The notes beneath the pieces were generated by a model. It did not search any database. It was not told the origin of the DNA and saw nothing but the letters and a program-made list of their open reading frames with translations. DNA of 62,539 nucleotides, counting the filler, from Platydemus manokwari (lineage: Eukaryota): the NCBI GenBank assembly GCA_037951405.1. It is 6 parts of 6 records of this genome, joined end to end, with 100 filler letters (N's around TTAATTAATTAA, not from the genome) between each part and the next. Parts side by side here need not be neighbours in the genome. Positions count along the whole stretch, not along the records: positions 52,664 to 62,539 come from JBBMOY011194099.1; 5 more parts are not named here. One strand, written 5' to 3'. Below, one piece after another: positions 55,840 to 62,539 of the stretch (the first letter of the stretch is position 1; each line of letters starts with the position of its first letter). The position numbers were made by a program, and so were the translations under genes.

Positions 55840-57030
55840 AATCGATTTGGTGGATTATTATTGGTTAATAACAAAATCTCTTGCTTTGCACATGCTGATG
55901 ACTCTGCGCTGATCGGTAGGGACGCCAATGGTATACAATCAATGATCAAAGAGGCTTCCAAACTTGGAATCACACTCGGATTCAAGTTCAGACCATCACA
56001 ATGAAAGAGAATGCTCTATGTTAGATAACTTAGAAGTGAACAATGAACCAATTTCAATAATTACTATGAACAATCATTATCGGTATTTGGATGTGAACGT
56101 CTCATTGAAGTTTCACAATTCCACAGAAAATTTATTCAACGATATGAAAACTACGATAGAAATTCTCGCAAATTCAATTCTGCTCCTATGGCAGAAACTT
56201 AGAGCATTCGAACTGTTTATCTATACAAAATACACTTTCTTCTTGAGAAATTATTATATCACCTATAAAAAAATTCAACGAATTCGACATTATGATGAGA
56301 AAATACCTGAAGACAATACTGGGTGTACCAAAATATTGCAGTACGAGTGACCTATATGCCTCCAAAGCCAATGAGGATGCGGTTTACGCAATATAACAGA
56401 AGGTTATACAGTTCAATCAATCATCCATGCCTACTGTCTCCTCATGAGCAAGCATGTTGTAATCAGACTGATGGCGATGCAGTTTCTATGTCAATCAGCA
56501 AGAAACGAAATAAAGGTGAATGACATCAACGACGCACTCAATTGGATGAACTCACACATTTCTGGGACTCGCAGGAGCAATACATAATGAGGCAATGCCC
56601 GTGAATATACAGCGAATAAACTCCACACAATTATTCGCTTTGAGACAATCAATGGTCCCCCCATGTTCAGAATCGATAAAATATCCGCTTAAACGGTCTT
56701 AGTTACACAAAGACAGCGACAGTGGAAACAAAGAATATTAAACAAGCTTCGAAACTTCTTCGACTGTGTTTCATTCAATCGTACCAAATCCAATGGAATG
56801 AACAAATCAAAAGTGGGTGATACAATATCTTATGTGGTACGGTTAGCCCTATGTGGAGCAAGACAGTATTCCATGACCACTTAACCATTGCAGAATTTGA
56901 ATTCATCAACAAAGCCAAAATTGATATCTTACCGACTTTGAATAAAAAATACATTGACGGGATGGCGTGCTGCAAATGTCTGTACCCAACGGAATCACGA
57001 CTCACGTTTTCACAATGTGTAAACCATCTA
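55840..57030 (+). mobile_element. Decayed RLE-type non-LTR retrotransposon (NeSL/Utopia/R2-like): RT C-terminal half to zinc knuckle
   Basis: Across frameshifts: 'ISCFAHADDSALI' (YADD), 'LGFKFRPSQ', 'YRYLDVNV', 'SILLLWQKLRAFELFIYTKYTFFLR', 'YLKTILGVPK...LYASK', 'LTIAEFEFINKAKIDILPTL' and 'CCKCLYPTES'. Confidence 0.82.
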
Positions 57031-57200
57031 ACTTTTTGTTTTTTTTATTAAAAATTGTCTAAAAACTCTTGTTTTATTTAATTTTTTAATTTACTTTTTA
57101 GGTTTATGAAAAATGCTGTGATTTGTATTTATCGTTATTGTTTTTGCAAGAGTTATCGAAAAACCATATGTAAAATTTCAGTCCTTCAACACAAATCATC

Positions 57201-58409
57201 TGTTGTGATTCCTGATGTAATTAATAAAAGATATTCAAAATAAGATATTTAAAATAATTCAAAGTTAAATGATTTAATTTCAAAACCTAACAAAAATTTG
57301 AGCTCTTATTAATTGATATAATTGATAGTATACCCAACTCCAAAGGGTGTATATAAATAGAATTATAAACGATACTGTTGTGCTAATAAATAACAATATG
57401 ATAAATGAATAAAATATTTATGGAATCCTACCAGCCTGTGCTAAGTAGTATTTGGTATGACGATTTAAAGATAATTCAACTAGTAATAACTCGTTGAACA
57501 ATCAGTAAGTTAGATAAATATGATTAAAATCAGACCAATGGAGATTCCACCGATAATCTGGTCCAAATCAGAATAGCAGGTTGCGTGTAATTTGGATAAT
57601 ATAATAAGGTAGATAATAAGGTAGTAAAATAACAAACTATGATACGAATACTTTTATTATTGTATAAAGGAATTATTAACGAATTATTATTAACGAATGT
57701 GTAGCGCTACAGTATTAACAGAGATTTAGTGTTGTGCCCTAATGATGAGAACAACCGACGTAGAGAACTAGTTGCCGCCATACTTTGAAAAATAAACTGA
57801 AGAAGTGATTTGATTTTAGTTTACAAACCCTTGAAGCTTTGCAATTAGTATTTTTGCCCTGCAAATCTCAACGAGCTTTGAGAGGGGATGAATGAAGTTA
57901 AAACAATAATATTTACCATTGGCATAGATTATAAATTTATCGAATTGAACTAATTGAGATGAATTATAGGAGTATGCGGTTCCGAGCATAACGGTGAAGA
58001 ATATCCTTAAGCTTGTGTGTGTTAATCGATGAAAAGATTTAGCTGAATTGATGCTGATCCTGAGCGTAGAGGATTAATGTTTCAATTGAATGCACTGAAT
58101 TTATCCATAATGAAGTTTCTCTCAAAATAGCTGTGATAATTCTAGAGCAGAATTGGTGAAAAATTCTCTCAGAATTAATTTATCACTGAAAAAAGAGCAT
58201 TCTGATGTTCCTCGCAGAATTTAATTGAAGTGGATTAATGTATCTCAGAAGTAAATGTGCAAATTCCTAAATTTGGGCTGGGTTTATATACCCAAAGTTT
58301 TTGTGGGTGTAATGATTAATTTTTCCGCGAATAACTTTTTTCTTAGTTATTTGTTTATTTTCCATGGTTACCAATGCTTTCATCTAAGTAATATACCATA
58401 TATATAACA
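57201..58409 (-). mobile_element. Possible solo LTR (about 1.2 kb)
   Basis: Minus strand begins TGTTATAT and ends CAACA, with TATATAAA about 120 nt in and GC content above the flanks. Flanks CATC/CATT match only 3/4. Confidence 0.3.
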
Positions 58410-58454
58410 CATTAAAAAAGAAAAAAAGTAGATTATTTTACTTATTTCACTGAA

Positions 58455-58512
58455 AATTTATGTTCAAATTTTAATATGAATCTTCATTCATATTAAAATT
58501 TGAACATAAATT
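58455..58512. repeat. Perfect inverted repeat (27-bp arms, 4-nt loop)
   Basis: AATTTATGTTCAAATTTTAATATGAAT-CTTC-ATTCATATTAAAATTTGAACATAAATT. Confidence 0.95.
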
Positions 58513-59038
58513 GTATTGAATCAGATAATTTTTAGATAATCAGAAATTTTTTCTCTCTTGCCATAGCAAACGTTCAAAACTTTCATGCCATATTTTGATC
58601 AATAATTTTCAAATTATAAAATTTCTCTTTCTGAGCCATCTTGATCATAGTTAATGGGTATTTTAAATGAAACTCAAGGAACATGAGGTTTGAAATAGCT
58701 GAACTTAGTTTTCAAAATAAGTTTTAAAATAGCAGTTAATTATAATTTGTGATCAAAATTTCAAGTTCTTTCAGTCGAGACCACAGATTAAATAATGTTT
58801 TTGACAATGGATATGAGCTCTATCACCTTTTAATTTTAATTCCATAAGAATTTCCATATTTTATTTCTAGAAATACATCTGTAAAATCAAGTTTGCATTT
58901 AGAAAAATAATAATTTGCATAATATAAATAGATCTAATGTGTCACAATAAATAGAAAAGACAAATACTCAAATTATTTTCAAAAAATTTCAAAGTAAAGG
59001 GTAAGATATTTCATTTGAAAATATTGGAAGCACAAATT

Positions 59039-59548
59039 TTAAATGCATTTGGAAATATATTTGAAAGCATTCATCATTGATCTCTTAAAAAATTCTTTTT
59101 CTAAAATTTATATTTAATGCTTGCATAACTTTATTGAATGCCAAATATCCAAACCTTTCTTATGCTCATTATTTTTACAATAATTCATAGACATTTCACA
59201 CATATTTTCTGGCATACATTTCATTGGTATATTTTGTGTACTAGACTAAGATAAATAAAAACTCACATACACAAGGATAACACACTCACTCATATTTAAT
59301 TTACATTTACATATTCAGAATATGAATATGAATTTTTGTGATCCGACTAGTTTCATAAACATGACTATAATTCAGACAACCTTTGGTGTCATTCATATAT
59401 CTTAAAAGGTAATTTATTAAGTAATCATTCCCAGGAATCTTTTAAGCAAACTTACAAATTTGCCCGATAATATTTCATGTATACTTAGCAATCTCGATCT
59501 ATTTACATAAATGCGTTTCATTGAGTGAAGCATAATTTCGTTTGGGAG
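59039..59548 (-). CDS. Candidate 3' exons of an unidentified gene
   Basis: 59548-59456, 59245-59155 and 59100-59039 chain in phase with GT-AG sites (one strong GTAAGT donor): LPNEIMLHSMKRIYVNRSRLLSIHEILSGKF-SSTQNIPMKCMPENMCEMSMNYCKNNEHKK-EKEFFKRSMMNAFKYISKCI*. No homology recognised. Confidence 0.35.
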
Positions 59549-60274
59549 CTAAATTGTCTAGGCATATAAGGTAAATTCAAAATTATTCTTATGTTGAAAA
59601 CCCGGTATAATCATTTTTAAACTCCAGCCTAATATAAATTTCATAAATTCAAATATAGTTTTGTGCAAATCAAAAACAAGTAATCTGTTAATTACGTAGA
59701 TTGATATAAAAACCATTATTTTGATTGTTTAAAAATTTTAAAATGGCTGAAGTTAAGAAAAGGGTCTTAAAATAAATTTTTTAATTTGTTGAGTCTTGCA
59801 AAAAAACATGGAAAATTTTTTACTTAATTACTTAAGAAGAATTTTAGGTTTTTGAAATCAAATATTAAACATACTGCAGTCTCAAAATCTCTTTGCATAA
59901 TGTTTATTTCAAAAACAGATCAAAGTCGGTCAATGAAATTTAGCGAGGACTCTTTTAACATTAGAAGCAAATTGGTATTTATTCAAATTTTTACAATTAT
60001 ATCTATAAAACCAAGAAAAATTAGATGAATTAGATGATTAGAAAAATTATGGGGAGTTTACTAAGTCCATTTTTCATCTATGAAATTTTAATTTAAAAAC
60101 TCAAAAAATCAAATAAAAGTAACTTGGTTTGCCTAAATATTAAAAAAACTATTGTTATATAAAATTTGTTGATTTATTGGCGCCTTCTCTTTTCTATTTC
60201 TAGACTGAAGTGTAAAAGTTTTTAAGGAAGACATTAAACCATTAACAGTTAAAGTATTACTTAATATTTAATTG

Positions 60275-60432
60275 ATGATGGATGAAGCCGGATCAATCAC
60301 TTTGGGGTTTTATTTGAGGTCCTATAGATGCCGTCCAATCTTAGGTTATCAACTTGGCATTGTGAATCATTCTAAGTGCTTTGTGAATCCGGATATCCGA
60401 GACATTTGTACACAAAACGCTGAATCGGCATT
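60275..60432 (+). mobile_element. Merlin/IS1595-like DDE transposase remnant
   Basis: 'AGSITLGFYLRSYRCRPILGYQLGIVNHSKCFVNPDIRDICTQNAESA' matches the Merlin signature 'PGS.I.SD.WR.Y..L...GY.H..VNHS..FV.P.TG.HTQ.IES.W'. Confidence 0.75.
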
Positions 60433-61380
60433 AAATTATTATTGTTATTTTTCTTACGGAAAATTTTTAAATACATTTCAGTTAAAATTGAATTTAAGTC
60501 GAAATCTTATAAAAATTTCATTATAAATAAATTTTGAAATTAAATAATACACGAAAAATTATTATATTAAAATTATGCCAAAGAACATTGTTCTTAACTT
60601 AAGTCACTCATTTTTAAATTCAAAATTATTAATTTTTGATGAAGTGATTGACCTTGAAAAATTATTTATCAAATAGCGTATTAAAGAATATTAATCTGTA
60701 GAAATGTAAAAAAAATTAAAAAGTCATTTTAAAAACCATTACATTATCTTTTCAAAATAATTGAAATCGAACAATAAATTATTTTAATATTACGACAAAA
60801 ATAATTTGCTATTTATTGTACATTTGGATAATAAGTCAAAAACCCATTATTGAATACAAAAATAATTACACAAAAATATCACTAATAGAAAATTCGATTA
60901 ATTATCATTGTGGCAGTCTTAGAAACATAACAAATCCAATATATAATCAATGATATTATCGTTATCAATGAAATTATTCATTTAATTTTTTTTATCTTTT
61001 ATTTGTATTTGTAAATTATTATGATTATTTTTTATTTTTCTAAAAATGTCTTAAATTTTAATCATCTTTGTACAATATGATTAATTTTTAAATTTTAAAA
61101 GATTCTAAAGCAAAATTCTGGATTTTTAATGTAAAGTTATTGAAAGAAAAGGTGAGTCACAGCTTTCTTAGATTGAAATGTATCTTTATAGTCTAATGGG
61201 GTCTTGCTTTTGAGCAGTATTTTTACGAATGTAACATATTTTTACACAAATATATTAATATTTTGTTCAACAATTTAGATTTGTTTTAATATTTACCATT
61301 TTCAAAGATTGTTATTTTTAATACAGTTTTATAATTATAAATAATTAGTTTTATTCACTATATTTTAATATTCTATATTT

Positions 61381-62484
61381 ATGAATCGCAAACCAGATCC
61401 TATAAATGTTTTCATTGTTGAACAACATAATAATGTGATATTTTTAATTTTTAAAGTTTTTAAAAATTTGATACCGTTACAATAGGTATTAAATATTTTA
61501 CACAGAGGAATAGGCAGCAAGAAGATTCCATATTCTAATTTAAAGTTACTTCATTATGATGCTCATCCAGATTTGGGTGTATCCACATCTACAAGACAAA
61601 CTATTCTTGAAAATCCTCAAACTTTATTAAAGTTACGAGATTTAATCATGTAATGTTATTGTACAATATATTTTTCTAGTGAGTCTAGTATTGAGAATTG
61701 GATTTTTCCAGCTATATACGCTGGTCATATTGATCACATAATTTGGATGAGGCCGTCGTTTTGTAACCAAATGGGGGATCGGATATCAAAAGAATACAAT
61801 GTTGGCTTCATAGATAATGGCAAAAAGATGGTGTGAGTTTTTCTTCGCGAATATGCAAAATATTTTTGGAATTTTTAAATCTTAATTTTTATTGTTTTTA
61901 GAGTTGATATTAATGATCTTTATTTTATAAATGATGGGACATATGTTAAATCTGATTCAATAGAAAATAAAGTAAAATTCAAATTATCAGTGGGGCCTAT
62001 TCATTACACTCACACCATGTGTCGATTTTGTTATGATATCAATATACAATTAATGAATTCTAATTTTATTCTTGATATTGATTTGGATACATTTGCTCCT
62101 GTAAATCCTTTTCGTGAAAGATTTATCCCTATGCAGGTATATTTGAATAAATTCATAAATTAATTATTTGATTATAGGAAGCTTTAATCACAAATATATA
62201 CGGACTGCCTAAAATCGATGCAGCGACCAAAGCACTGGAAGAATTAAAAAATCAACCATACCCATTTAGGTTGAAACATGTTCGTTATCCAGCGAAAAAA
62301 TATGATGGTCAAATACCATCTGTTCCCAAAGGTAGCTTAGAGGATGAGATTGCCGATCAAATGTCTCAAGATCGCAGAAATCAATTAAGCAAATTAAAAT
62401 ATATTATCAAACAAATTCAATTTGGTATTATTCCTACAAGTTACGAGGCTTTAAAATTGTTTGGATTATTTTCTTCAATTATGG
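61381..62484 (+). CDS. C5orf22: UPF0489 / C5orf22-like protein, 5' exons, continuing past the window end
   Basis: Exons 61381-61434, 61486-61631, 61680-61832, 61902-62136 and 62178-62484 join in frame. Motifs '[11 protein letters not shown]...[10 protein letters not shown]', '[10 protein letters not shown]', '[14 protein letters not shown]', '[10 protein letters not shown]' and '[14 protein letters not shown]'. Confidence 0.9.
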
Positions 62485-62539
62485 GTACGATTAAATATTT
62501 TATTCAAATTATAAATATAATAATTATATTCTACATTTG

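Overview
AT-rich eukaryotic nuclear DNA with mostly short (about 45-80 nt) GT-AG introns. Gene style and the flatworm-type Ly6 domains fit a planarian or other free-living flatworm (inference). The window is not one locus: six roughly 10-11 kb contigs are joined by artificial 100-nt spacers (N44-TTAATTAATTAA-N44), and genes break off at those joins. Recognisable genes reconstructed by hand from splice sites: SLC66A2/PQLC1 (complete), a signal-peptide + five three-finger (Ly6/uPAR) domain + hydrophobic-tail gene (complete), an intronless kinesin-14 ORF, RalGPS (3'-truncated), ARID2 (internal exons), PARP3 (5' part), a divergent RasGAP-domain gene (3' part) followed 116 nt later by an intronless 4-TM gene, and C5orf22/UPF0489 (5' part). 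Two orphan exon chains are also present. Transposon relics include a hAT MITE, three mariner ends, pogo/Tc2, Merlin, a NeSL/Utopia-like non-LTR element, and weaker piggyBac, hAT and LTR candidates. The most interesting items are the modular five-domain Ly6 gene and the operon-like RasGAP/4-TM pair. No database searches were run; family calls rest on motif recognition.
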